Below, in pieces: positions 1-12,294 of a DNA stretch of 64,000 nt. Each line of letters begins with the position of its first letter. Position 1 is the first letter of the stretch. Made by a program: the position numbers and the translations under genes. The stretch covers positions 95,790,001 to 95,854,000 of the forward strand of contig NC_043002.1 in assembly GCF_006345805.1 (NCBI RefSeq), written 5' to 3'. The DNA is from Octopus sinensis (taxonomy: Eukaryota). The notes under the pieces were generated by a model that was given only the letters and a program-made list of their open reading frames with translations, made no database searches and was not told the origin of the DNA.

Positions 1-108
1 TATATAATATATATATATTATATATATATATATATATATTGGTAAAAACGGTGAGATAACAAAAGAAAGAAAGAGACCTCAATATTATGTAAATAGAGGA
101 AATTTATC

Positions 109-258
109 TATAAAATAATATGTTACATTACTCAATAGTCAAGATAAAACTCTGAGTTTCAGATGCCGAAGTAGAAATCCACAACACCATCTCTTCGGTT
201 ATCTGGCCATCTCAGAGTTTTATCTTGACTATTGAGTAATGTAACATATTATTTTATA
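109..258. repeat. 48-bp perfect inverted repeat (109-156 / 211-258) flanked by (TA)n; Penelope-type inverted terminus
   Basis: TATAAAATAATATG...AAAACTCTGAG is the exact reverse complement of CTCAGAGTTTT...CATATTATTTTATA; the spacer and left arm carry a hammerhead-like motif. Confidence 0.85.
142..204 (-). ncRNA. Type I hammerhead ribozyme-like motif (variant core)
   Basis: Minus strand: stem I AGATAA/TTATCT, core CCGAAGA (U4->C variant), stem II GATG...CATC, GAAAC, stem III ACTC-A-GAGT, cleavage triplet GUU. Confidence 0.55.
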
Positions 259-317
259 TATATATATATATATATGTAGATACACATATTTGCACACACA
301 CATACACCTATGCAATA

Positions 318-467
318 GGCTTTATTCTATTTCCATCTATCAAATCATCTCACAAGGCTTTGATCAGCCCAGGGTTTAGAAGAAAACACTTAAAGTGCCA
401 AGCTGTAAGATTGAATCAGGAGCAACAGAACTGAGAAGTGAAATTCTTAGCCATATATCTATGCCGC
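318..467 (-). mobile_element. Degraded 5' half of SINE family A
   Basis: Diverged reverse-complement match to the CAAAGCCTTGTGAG...GATGGAAA segment of the family A copy at 2721. Confidence 0.55.
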
Positions 468-769
468 GCACGCGCGTGCGTGCGTGCGTGCATGCGTGCG
501 TGCGTGTGTGTGTGTCTGTATGTGTGTGTTTTGAATAATTGTTTTATTTAGGTCCTCAGTTTAACTTAGAAATTTCCACTTACCCAGCTAGAAAATTCCT
601 GACACTAAAAGCGTTTCCCTAGAGCCCATAGATATAAACTCTTCCATTCCCATAACATCAACGTTAGCTACTTAAGTTAGGACACTGTCACATCAAACAT
701 TGCATGCTACAACAGGTACTGACACACACCAACTCACCCTCCAATTCACACTTCAACATGTAACTATCA

Positions 770-954
770 AAATCCTCAAGTATCCACTTGGAGCATCCTG
801 CCTCTCAAAGATTGTAGTTTATAGAGTCAACCTCACACCGTTTGATGGCATCACAAGACATTACATGGACATGACAGCCAATAACTTTAAGGAAAGACAT
901 ATACAGTACATGCATTCCTTCAGGTGCAAGGATAGGGAAACTCCACCTCCCTGA
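770..954 (+). pseudogene. Penelope-like element GIY-YIG endonuclease remnant
   Basis: YPLGASCLSKIVVYRVNL...RHYMDMTANNFKERH...HSFR aligns by eye with the PLE pattern CPL-x-G-x-C...VVY...YIG-x-T...FK-x-R...H...F also seen at 22319-22750. Confidence 0.65.
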
Positions 955-1177
955 CCTTCTTCATCTGGAGGCTCTGTGATCATCAAAATGTCATCCACAA
1001 CACCAAATGATATATTCATAACAGTGTTCCTCCCTGCTCACCTAGAATTCACACACACACACTCCAACAACCCACAGTTTCCATCAACAGGAAAAATGAA
1101 TTATCTTATTGTTGCCACCAGAGCTATGCCTTATTAATTCACTTAATGTCTCTGGCTACTGACAATCTGAATATACC

Positions 1178-1410
1178 TATTTCTTTATTACCCACAAGGG
1201 GCTAAACATAGAGGGGACAAACAAGGACAGACATAGGTATTAAGTCGATTACATTGACCCCAGTGTGTAACTAGTACTTAATTTATCGACTCCGAAAGGA
1301 TGAAAGGCAAAGTCGACCTCAACGGAATTTGAATCCAGAACGTAGCGGCAGACGAAATACCGCTAAGCATTTCACCCGGCATGCTAACGATTCTGCCAGC
1401 TCGCCGCCTT
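1178..1410 (-). mobile_element. SINE family B, full length, 15-bp TSD
   Basis: Head GGCGGCGAGCTGGCAGAA...GTTAGC, central GGTCGACTTTGCCTTTCATCCTTTC box, tail GTGGGTAATAAAGAAATA; TSD CAATCTGAATATACC at 1163-1177 and 1411-1425. Confidence 0.9.
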
Positions 1411-2139
1411 CAATCTGAATATACCACCCTACACCTGGCTGACCCTCACACAAGGGCAGATATTTAATCGCTGCCAACACTATAGACCACAGCCCACTCA
1501 TGTTGGTCATCACACAACCTCAATTGAAACTCAATACCATTAAAATGGTTACTCCCATGTAAAAGACTGTTGCTGCTAATGTGTTCAAACTCCATCATTT
1601 TACTACACCATGAGTGGAAACCAATACAAGGAATTAGCATTACACAATATACTATGTCACAGCCCACCTTCAAAGTAGCACCAGCATCCTGTCAATATGT
1701 GTGGACCTAAAAATAAAGAAAATAAATGTTGTCACTTTGATAGCATTTACTACATGATCAGTGCCATCAAACAGAGGCTTAAACATCGAGAAGCCAGCTT
1801 GAATTTGTTTTAAACATTCCACTGAACAGCTGATTAGATGGTCATGTCCTTGGAACCTATGAAACTTCAAGTCATGTGGAACTGCTATTAAATACATGTA
1901 ACCCAACTACATGTATTGAGTGCTACTCCCTCTTGTTTGTTTCCTCATTCGTGTGTGTGTGTGTGTGTGTGTGTGTGTACATTCAGGCTCAATCACATTT
2001 TTCTTGCATCGGTTGAATAGAAAGCAATTTTTATTTTACAAATACTTTTATTTTATTAGTAGAAAAGTAAATGTAAAGATTAAATTACTCCATATTTAAA
2101 AATAATAACATAGACACAAGGCCAATAATCTGAAGAGAA

Positions 2140-2530
2140 TGGGTTGGTTAATACCGTTTACCCTGATACTTGACCTTATCAACCCCTGAGGGAGGAAAAG
2201 TAAAGTTGAACTCAATAGAATTCGAATTCAAAACGTAATGAGCCAGAACAATTCTCACAAGGCATTTTTCCAATATTCTAACAATTCAGACAGCTTGCTG
2301 CCCTGATATTGGTTTCTAATTTAAACACAAGGCCGGTAGTTTTTTGAGAGGGAAGGGAGTTTGTTGATTATTTGACCCTAGTATTTGACTGGGGTTTTTT
2401 TTTTATTTTATTGACACCAAAAGGATGAAAGGCAAAGTCGACCTCAGAGATTTGAATTCAGGAGGTAAAGAATCAAAAGAAATGCCAGTAAGCATGTTGT
2501 CCAACACACTAAAAATTTTGCCAGCTATTT
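2140..2530 (-). mobile_element. Degraded SINE family B fragments
   Basis: GGATGAAAGGCAAAGTCGACCTC at ~2423 and a diverged version at ~2190-2300. Confidence 0.55.
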
Positions 2531-2720
2531 CTATTATAGGCACAAGACCTGTAAAGAGTGATAAAAGACTGTAAAACGTGATAAAAATGCTGCTTGACAT
2601 TTTGTCCAACATGCTAACAATAATAATAATAGTAATAATACTTTCTTTATTGGCCATCAGAGCCAAACACAGACGAGGGACATTGAGGTTAAACGTGTAA
2701 ACAGCAAAAAAACTCAACGA

Positions 2721-3150
2721 GGCGCAGGAGTGGCTGTGTGGTAAGTAGCTTGCTAACCAACCACATGGTTCCGGGTTCAGTCCCACTGCGTGGTATCTTG
2801 GGCAAGCGTCTTCTGCTATAGCCCCGGGCCGACCAAAGCCTTGTGAGTGGATTTGGTAGACGGAAACTGAAAGAAGCCCGTCGTATATATGTATATGTAT
2901 ATGTATATGTATGTGTATATGCATGTGTGTGTATATGTTTGTGTGTCTGTGTTTGTCCCCCCAACATCACTTGACAACCGATGCTGGTGTGTTTACGTCC
3001 CCGTCACTTAGTGGTTCAGCAAAAGAGACCGATAGAATAAGTACTGGGCTTACAAAGAATAAGTCCCGGGGTCGAGTTGCTCGACTAAAGGCGGTGCTCC
3101 AGCATGGCCATAGTCAAATGACTGAAACAAGTAAAAGAGAAAGAGTAAAT
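2721..3150 (+). mobile_element. SINE family A (tRNA-like head, CORE-like segment, internal (TA)n(TG)n, 3' module)
   Basis: GGAGTGGCTGTGTGGTAAG...GGTTCAGTCCC (A/B-box-like), TTGGGCAAG, AAAGAAGCCCGTCGTATAT, tail GACTGAAACAAGTAAAAGAG; other copies at 9913, 17792, 57440. Confidence 0.85.
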
Positions 3151-3199
3151 TAACAAGGATATTAAACCAACAATGTACTTCCCCAATAGGAGAGAGTTC

Positions 3200-3880
3200 C
3201 ATCAAGAAGTGACCAAAGGAACCTCACACACTTTGGGCCCCTTAACATCAAAGACACCTTAGGTAGACACCCCTCTCCTCTTCATTCCATTTGGCCTACA
3301 GGCACACACTTAGAATAAGCCCATTCACATGGGCCATTCTTGCCACATTTACCCACCTTCAACAACCTTACTGGGTGATAACACCTCCCTCTCCAGCCTC
3401 ACTTTCCTCTTCAGTTGGAACCTGAAAAAGTCAATGAGGCCTTGGCCGAAGAGGAAGATACCCATCTTCAACCCTTTCAATTACATCCACCGCACAACCA
3501 CTTTCACCATAGCCACCAGACAGAGAAAAACTGCCTGTCCTTCCTGGCCAAAGGAAAGAGGTGGGGCAATCTTCAAAATGGACTCAGATGATAGCTGGAT
3601 CCATCCTACATGTAACAATAACTGTTCGACAAAGCTCCAAAAGTCAGCAATGCATGGATACTGAACAAGAGCATGCAGAATGGTTTCATCACTCCACATA
3701 CATCTCGGACAAGCCAGTCTGAGTGCACACCATTGCCTGTGGAGCTTATCATGAACCAGCAGAGCCCCCCGGTAGCACTGCCAGGCCAGGAATTTCTGGA
3801 AGTTACCCATAGGTCCCAACCATTAATTTGTGACATTGATTTGTGATAGGAAAAGTAAGACTCACTGACAGGTCTCAATG
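3200..3880 (-). pseudogene. L1/Tx1-like LINE ORF2 C-terminal remnant (CCHC knuckle)
   Basis: ORF 3481-3819: LAWQCYRGAL...CPRC...ETILHAL..YPC, the C-x2-C...ET-x2-H pattern of L1-clade ORF2. Confidence 0.65.
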
Positions 3881-4332
3881 CATATATCTAGGTTCTACTC
3901 CTAATGTCCAACATAGCAAGTTGCCTAGCCTGGTTTTAACGTTTGCAACAGTTCATTATGTTGGACGTCAGTAGAATAGTTTATTCTGCTAGTAATAAGG
4001 GACTGATGAAATATCTTGTAGTAATGAAATAATAAAGTCAAAATAGAAGAAAAATCCCCTATTATATTATCTAATTTTTTAAGAGTAGGTGGTTTGTTAT
4101 GTAATCAATAGGATGTTCACTTAGTAAATTAGAGTATTTCTATTTCACTATAAGGTTGAGAAAAAGAGGGGACAATACGGGGACAGACAAAACAAACGTT
4201 GGGGTCAGGGTATCGAATGAGACAAAATGTATGAATAAACAAACAATTAAAATATATACAATTAAATGAGAATGAGTGATTAACAAAAAATGAAGCGGAG
4301 GACGCGGTTGACCCCACAAACCACATACTCAC

Positions 4333-4415
4333 ACTGAAGACTTTGCTTTCTCCTTTTTTACATTCTCGTTTAAACAGGTTCTTTCACTCGCAACATACTT
4401 GCTATAGACTTCCAT
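4333..4415 (-). CDS. Possible first coding exon of an unidentified host gene (MEVYSKYVASERTCLNENVKKEKAKSS)
   Basis: AAAGATGG start context, in-frame upstream stop, 83-nt open frame ending at a GTGAGT donor, non-repetitive context; no recognisable homology. Confidence 0.25.
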
Positions 4416-5611
4416 CTTTTACGAATCACACTTTGCAACAGGCATTTCTTCTCCAGCCTTATTTTCCGTTTCATGTGAAAAACGAAAAAGTCAAGTTGTT
4501 CAAGTCCTAACTATTGACATGTTCTTTTATCTCTTAAATACATTCTTTTAAGGTTTAATATCCTTTTTGTATCTCAGTTTAACTTTTCTACTGAACAGAT
4601 TTCTTTTTATAAAATAAAGTAGATTATTTTTAAATGTGAATTGTAAATTAGGAAAATAAATTCTGGCAGGAACAAGTAAAAACGCATTACAACTTTATTT
4701 TGAATTTTAACTATCATTTCATATTATCTTATGGCCCAGCAACTTTAAATACTATCTGATATGTTTATTTGGTATGGTTAAAGTAAATATTCAGCAAAGC
4801 TGTCTTAAAACAAGTAACTAGCTGACATTTTGCAGGATAACTTCTTACTGAAAGGCATCATAAGAGACAGTTGTTGACACCTCAAGTGATTATTTTATCT
4901 TTTTCTAATATTATATGATTAATATTTATGTAATAATATTTGCTATTTCTATTTTATTTATGTTTGTATCATTTTATAATTATTTAAAACCTCAGTCGTC
5001 AATTGAATAACATCCTGACTTTGTTATTATTTTTCCTCATGCTAGTTAACTTTCCAAAGGCAATTTGAATATTTAAAATTAAATATTACAAATTTTAAAA
5101 ATATCAAATCTTGTGCAAGTTTAGTTGTTTCAAAAGTCAATGGCCACAATCTAAGAATAGTAATAATGGCATGGGACTGAGAAAACTGAAAACCATGGCA
5201 GCCATTCTGTGCTCAAAAATTTGATAGATAACATAAAAATTTATAAATATTGATAAATCTGGGAGCTATGTTCTGATGCGGCTAGCTAATTTCTAATGAA
5301 AACATCAGTTTTCAATTAACAACTGTGAAAAACATCTGATTTTGATATTCATTCTTGATTTTAATTCTAATGAAATATTGATGCTATGGTATAGAATGAC
5401 GTGGTACGATGGGGTATGGTGTGGTGTGATATGATAAGTGATAGTAGGGAAAATATATTGTTTGATATTAAATAAAATAACTAGATTAAATAAAATAACA
5501 AATAACAAATAGCATTATGTTGTGTGTACATGTTATTATTGTATGGCTTCTTAGTATATGTATATATTCATCATTAAAGAAGAGTATATAATTGTGAATA
5601 AATCACAATTA

Positions 5612-6010
5612 TGGGATGGAAGCACTCCGTCGGTAACGACGATGAGGGTTCCGGTTGATCCGATCAATGGAACAGCCTGCTCGTGAAATTAACGTGTAAG
5701 TGGCTGAGCACTCCACAGACACGTGTACCCTTAACGTAGTTCTCGGGGATATTCAGCGTGACATAGAGAGTGACAAGGCCGGCCCTTTGAAATACAGGTA
5801 CAACAGAAACAGGAAGTAAGAGTGAGAGAAAGTTGTGGTGAAAGAGTACAGCAGGGATCACCACCATCCCTGCCGGAGCCTCATGGAGCTTTAGGTGTTT
5901 TCGCTCAATAAACACTCACAACACTGGGAATCGAATAAACACTGGGAAACGAAACCGCGATCCTACGACCGCGAGTCCACTGCCCTAACCACTGGGCCAT
6001 TGCACCTCCA
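5612..6010 (-). mobile_element. SINE family C, subtype 1
   Basis: tRNA-like head TGGAGGTGCAATGGCCCAGTGGTTAGGGCAG; shared body AAAACACCTAAAGCTCCA...ACAACTTTCTCTCACTCTT; own 3' module ending CGTTACCGACGGAGTGC. Confidence 0.85.
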
Positions 6011-6523
6011 CCATCACAATTATAAAGGAGAGGGTTATAAAAACCCTTACATGCTAAGAAATAGCAGTCAAAACTGCTCTAAAGTCACTATAATCACTCA
6101 TATTCAATCTCCTCAACTATAAATGCTGTCAGCGAGCGACATGACATAAGGATTCAAAATTTAGATAAAAATAAAAGTTAGTCCTCTATTGCCATTTCAA
6201 AGTTAGGAACCAAAAATGGATCCATTCTTCTCTTCAGGATGACATTCCTGTGCATAGAAATCAACACAAAAAAACATACCCTGGGGCTAAATGTGTTTCC
6301 CAACCAGCAGAATTAGTGTGTCAACATCTTTCTACACAATTCAAATTCTGAATTCAAATGACATGCACAGCATTTATAAGAAGAGACCAGTTAAAATGAG
6401 CCATGGCAAAAAAACTGGATATGAGTGAAAAATAAATAATAAGAGGAATGAATGTAATGTGGCACTGGCACATCATTATCATCATTATCATCACCTTCAT
6501 CATCATCAACAGCAGCAGCAGAG

Positions 6524-7015
6524 TGGAGGCGCAATGGCCCAGTGGTTAGGGCAGCAGACTCATGGTCATAAGAACGCGGTTTCGATTCCCAGACCGGACA
6601 TTGTGAGTGTTTATTGAGCAAAAAAACACCTAAGCTCCACGAGGTTCCAGCGGGGCTGGGTGGTGAACCCCGCTGTACTCTTTCACCACAACTTTCTCTC
6701 ACTCTTTCTTCCTACTTCTGCTACAAGGCAGAGGAACCATGGTGTAACCCACTATAGTGTGGTAAACTTTCAGACCCTAGTCTAGATTGCAAATCCTCTG
6801 TACCCCCAGGATGGTTCAGCTCTCCACCCATTAAAAGCCACCATTTACAGAATGAGGATAACAATGTAGCTTTTGCGCCCATGCAACCGCTAGTCTGTCG
6901 CATGTAGTGGGTGGATCTTCAAGTTGCCACACGCATTCTTAGTAGATTAGAATAGGCTGGAATTAGAGATTATTCTTTGTGACTAATGGCATGAGTCCGG
7001 ACTGGAAGAAGAGAA
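6524..7015 (+). mobile_element. SINE family C, subtype 2
   Basis: Same head and body as 5612-6010 but a different 3' module (GCAGAGGAACCATGG...CTAATGGCATGAGTCC) that recurs at 61946-62430. Confidence 0.8.
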
Positions 7016-7639
7016 GCAGCAGCAGCAGGCAGCGGCAGCTTAGTGAGAGCAGCAGCTCAATGACAGCAGCGGCTCAGTGATAGCAGCAGTAACCCCAACT
7101 CAAGAACGACCTCCCAGAGGTGTTGGGGGTGCCAATTGGCAAAGAACAGTTCTCAACCAACAACTACCGGCTAAAAAAATTTAAACAACCCCAGACGTGA
7201 TGGCTCCAGCTCCCCCCCCCCCCCCTGCGGGGTCAAGTTTTCAGGAGCCACCTACCCAACTTCACTGTTCCTCCACCATCTGCACATCCTAAGGAAGAGA
7301 TGGCTGAGGATGGCGGAGAGGTAGGTTGTGATTGAGGAGCAGCACTGACCAACTATACAGCCAGTAGTTGCTAAACAACAACAGCAGCAGCAGCAGCATT
7401 GAATTTATCCATTTCTTTTTTTCAATAAATCCAACAAAATTTAAACAATATTCTAAGACTTGAGACAGTATTCTACGACCAGATACTCTCCTTGATGCCA
7501 ATTGCTCCATTTTTTTTTTTTTTAGGTAAAATGGTGAGCTGCTGGATGTTTTATTTATCTAGGATATAAACATTGTTACTGCTAGCTAAATAGTGCCAAT
7601 ATGAAAACGTGGTTAGGAACAGATGCACACACACACACA

Positions 7640-7975
7640 CACACACATACAGGCATGTGTGTGTAGGTGTGTATTGGTTCCGGTGCCACATAAAAGGCAC
7701 TGGTGCTGGTGACACATAAAAAAAAATCACTTGTGTCATGCCACATTACAAGCAATGTTGCTGGTGTCAAATAAAAAGCAGCCAGTACACTCTGTGAAGA
7801 GGTTGGCATTAGTAAAGGCATTAAGCCATAGAAACTATGCCAGAAGAGACTATGGAGCCTGGTGCAAATCCCCCCCCCCATCCCCAGTCTTACCAGCTCT
7901 ATTCAACCCATGTCAGCATGGAAAATGGACGTTAAATGATGATAATGATGATGACGGTTATGATGATGATATATA
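7640..7975 (+). mobile_element. RTE-LINE 3' tail fragment
   Basis: CACATAAAA motifs, GGTTGGCATTAG, AACCCATGTCAGCATGGAAAATGGACGTTAAATGATGAT; matches the 3' end of the RTE at 56600-56792. Confidence 0.8.
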
Positions 7976-8105
7976 AATATGTTACCCAAATAAGAAGGCA
8001 TAAAGAAACTGTAACACATATTCAATGATCAGTTCAATTGGTTTTGTACCAACTTTGCTTTTAACGTCAATTCCAGTACAAATCCATGTGAAAATTTATG
8101 TAATA

Positions 8106-8741
8106 CTAGTGCTAGTGCATGCATATACAGCTGCGTGCGTGCGCACATACACGCGAGTACTGTCCAAATCTCCGACCAATCACATACAGCTAGCTGGCAT
8201 TCAATTGGTGTATCAAGTTTCGGGCATTTGAATTGGTTTTGGATAGAAAATTCACAAAAAAGTCACTTCTATTGATTTTTTAATGGCTTTGCGGGGTGAC
8301 TGGGGAAATGTAAAGATGTGCACGACCACCCTTGGACGGTTTTGAATGACCATAGAAAGTGCAAACCCTCTAACTGAAAAATTGTGGATTTGTATAAAGG
8401 ACACACACGTAGACATTTTGCTGTTTATACAGCTGCGTGCGTGCGCACATACACGCGATTACTGTCCAAATCTCCGACCAATCACATACAGCTAGCTGGC
8501 ATTCAATTGGCGTATCAAGTTTCGGACATTTTGATTGGGTTTTGGATAGAAAATTCACAAAAAAATCACTTCTATTGATTTTTTTAATGGCTTTGCGGGG
8601 TGACTGGGGAAATGTAAAGATGTGCACGACCACCCTTGGACGGTTTTGAATGACCATAGAAAGTGCAAGCCCTCTAACTGAAAAATTGTGGATTTGTTTA
8701 AAGGACACACACGTAGACATTTTGCTGTTTATATATAGAGA
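8106..8741 (-). mobile_element. Non-autonomous Helitron-like element, head-to-tail tandem of a ~302-bp unit
   Basis: Minus strand starts A|TCTCTATATATAAAC and ends CTAG|T, with subterminal hairpin GCGTG..CACGC; units start at 8124 and 8426 on the + strand. Confidence 0.7.
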
Positions 8742-9044
8742 TTTGCAGTTTTAAATATTAGAATGGGTCTTCCCCCAGACCTGCATCAAAGGTGTGCTCT
8801 TACATTGTGCATCTGCCAAACTTTATGTTTTTCTTATTTATATTGGGAGAAAAAAAGTCAGTGAAGATGAAAATGTCAATAGACTGTACCAGAGTAGATA
8901 AAAGTATGGTTGGGGGATAAGAAAGCAGTATAAAGGGAAGGAGAAGATGAGAGAAGAAAAAGATTATATGTATAATGCATATATGTGTATATGTATATAC
9001 GCATGTGTGTGTGTGTGTGCGTGTGTGTATATTTACATAAATAT

Positions 9045-9046
9045 GC

Positions 9047-9098
<52 letters not shown>

Positions 9099-9103
9099 GT
9101 AGG

Positions 9104-9186
<83 letters not shown>

Positions 9187-9211
9187 GTAGGTAGGTAGGT
9201 AGGTAGGTAGG

Positions 9212-9275
<64 letters not shown>

Positions 9276-9302
9276 GGATGGATGGACAGACAGATAGATA
9301 AA
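9045..9302. repeat. Compound (GATA)n/(GGTA)n/(GACA)n tetranucleotide satellite
   Basis: Direct reading. Confidence 0.95.
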
Positions 9303-9529
9303 TAGGTATAAGCAATGAACTTTCATTCCATGCAGTTTCCATCTACCAAATTCCACTCCCAACCCAATGGTCGGTTTGAGGCTATAGTAAAAGGCACATA
9401 TCCAAGGTAGCACAAAGTACGACCAGATCCCTAACCAAGTAGCCATAAGGAGAATTTCTTAACCACACAGTCCTGTCTGTACTTGTAGTGTTATAATATA
9501 TTATAATTTGATAAGATCAACAACAAGAC

Positions 9530-9571
9530 AATGATTCATCATCATCATTACTATCATCATCCTCACCACTG

Positions 9572-9604
<33 letters not shown>

Positions 9605-9748
9605 ACACCATCATCCTCATCATAGTCATCATCACCACTGCCACCACCACCACCCCATCATCATCCTCATCAATAACATCACTACCACCATCATCATCAT
9701 CATCACCACGTCCACCATCACCACCAGCACCCATCATCATCATCATTG
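9530..9748. repeat. (CAT)n/(CAC)n trinucleotide tract
   Basis: Direct reading; source of spurious poly-His and poly-Met ORFs. Confidence 0.95.
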
Positions 9749-9912
9749 ATGTGGTTGTCATTGTTATGAATTAATGTATACTTTTCAACATTTGCATGAG
9801 TCAGATAAAAGTAAGCTGGGAGGCCAATTTTCTTTAGCTGGATGCCCTTCTTTATGTCAACCTCCACCAGTTTCCAAGTGAAATGATAATCCCCAAGTCT
9901 TTTTTGAATAAC

Positions 9913-10310
9913 TGGCTGTGTGGTAAGTAGCTTGTTTACCAACCACATGGTTCCGAGTTCAGTCCCGCTGTGCAGCACCTTGGGCAAGTGTCTTCTACTA
10001 TAGCCTCGGGCCGACCAAAGCCTTGTGAGTGGATTTGGTAGACGGAAACTGAAAGAAGCCCGTCGTATATATGTATATATATATGTATATATATATGTGT
10101 GCGTGTATGTTTATGTTTGTCCCCCTAGCATTGCTTGACAACCGATGCTGGTGTGTTTATGTCCCCGTCACTTAGCGGTTCGGCAAAAGCGACCGATAGA
10201 ATAAGTACTGGGCTTACAAAGAATAAGTCCCGGGGTCGAGTTGCTCGATTAAAGGCGGTGCTCCAGCATGGCCGCAGTCAAATGACTGAAACAAGTAAAA
10301 AAAAAAAAAG
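9913..10310 (+). mobile_element. SINE family A copy
   Basis: Colinear with 2721-3150. Confidence 0.85.
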
Positions 10311-12294
10311 AGTCTGGACATGATTACACAGAGCAATGTTTGTATGAGCCTTTTGTTTACAACCAGGGAACACACATGAAGGCAAGAGGTAAAATAAACT
10401 CATTTACACAAACATAAACTAAAATGCAGTTTCTGCTTCTGGTTGGTTCTACTTTAAAAAATATTTTTTAAATTTTCTTTAATATTTTTATAAATATGAA
10501 AGAACCACTTTCTTTCTTATGAGTGTTATTTCACACAAGCATATCTTATTTTTGTCCTACAATCACAAGACCCTCTTTGTTCACCAATATTCTTTCTATA
10601 TTCTTTGATATTTTTCTGTTATTGTCCTTACTTATTTGTTTCTTCATTATATATGTTTTCCTGTTCTCTTTGCAACTCATCTTTATTTACCATCCTGCCT
10701 AAAGACCTCATCTTTTCTTGTTACTGTACATGTATTTTTTTTTTCTTTTCATGTTCATCTTTTACATCTGTTCATTCATGCCCCAGCAACTTATGTTGTT
10801 GACATTACTAAATTGAACAGTATTGTCATAGGTGCCAAAATCATGTACAAATTTAGTCAATAACTGATGTGGGGGATGAGAATGTTAGCATCTATTGAGT
10901 GTGTTTTCCTTGATTTTCTATATGTTCATTTATCATCCTCTGTGCCAGAATTGATGTGCATATATATATTTATATCTTTGGAAGGCTTCATTCAATTTCC
11001 ATCTGACAAATTTATTCTCAAGGCCTTGATCATCTTGGAGCTAAAGTAGAAGACAACTGCCTAAAGCACCATGCAGTGGAACTGATCCCAAAACCATGTG
11101 GTTGAGAAACAAACTTCTTAGACATGCAGCTGTGCTTGCATCTTGTCTCTTTAATCTGACAAGGATTACAGGCTAGACATGAGAAAAACCAGGAACAGAT
11201 TTTCTATATCAAACGACCAGAGAATAATGCATAAATTTCAAATTCTTATCATCCAGTAGTTCATCTAAGCTGTGTTTTCACCAAGGAAGCATGTATCTGA
11301 AGTGTATCAGAGAAAGGTAGAATTCATATAATGAATCACATTTGCTGGAATTTGTTGATTTATAGGTGATAAAACAGCAATACTAAAATATAAACTTATA
11401 TATATATTTACCCATTACTCATTTTATCATAAAATAAAAATAAAAAGTTTTAGGTTTTGGCTTATGAAAGTTTACAGGTTGATACTTGTATTTATTGATG
11501 ATATTTTACATATATTCACAATTCAAAATGGCCACCCTTTGCTTTCTCCATAGCCTTTAATTCTTCATACAAACCGTTTTCAATGCAACAATTTGTTCAC
11601 ATTTAGTTTGAGCCGCCATATTTAATTAAAGGTAAAGAATAAAACAAAAGAATGTTAGGAAGCATTATATAACATTTGCAACTACTTTTGCAAATATTTC
11701 AATTTATGTTTGACTAATGGATAAATTATTATATTTAAATAATGGGCAAATGTATATACCACAATCGTCAGACCAATGGGCTCCATTTTTCTCTATACAT
11801 TGAATGTTCTGTACACATTTGGACTAGAAGTGTACAGAATCTATTGTCATTTCAAACTTACCCATGAATACAGTTGATATAATCAATAGCATGAAATCTT
11901 GTACCTTTTATTGCAAAGTAAACAGAGTATTTCAATATACTGTGTTCGTAATAGGATATGAACTGTTATCTTCAACTCTAGCAACTTGTTATTTATGGCT
12001 CTCGAGATAATCACCCGTATTTATCTCTATTTCATATTCGCGCACAATATGAATAAGTAGAAAGGGAAAAACAAAGAGAAGACAGATTTTACTGGAATAA
12101 AATCCAACAGCTTCAATTTTTAGTAGAAATTTTCTTATTTGTAATGAATTTAAAGAATCATTTGAGAAAGAAAGATTAGTTGTAAGAATGATTTAGCAAG
12201 AATTAGATAGCTGTCTTTGATATTGTTAGCAAATGATACTATTTTATTGTATCAGTAACATTATTATATAACTTTGCATTTTCATCCATTTGTT

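Noticed and set aside
2721-2800. tRNA genes at SINE heads (also 5940-6010, 6524-6600, 27771-27840, 61946-62020)
   Set aside because: A/B-box-like motifs only; no full cloverleaf; they continue directly into SINE bodies
3990-4050. CTGATGA...GAAAT...GTC hammerhead-like spacing
   Set aside because: No stem I or stem II pairing
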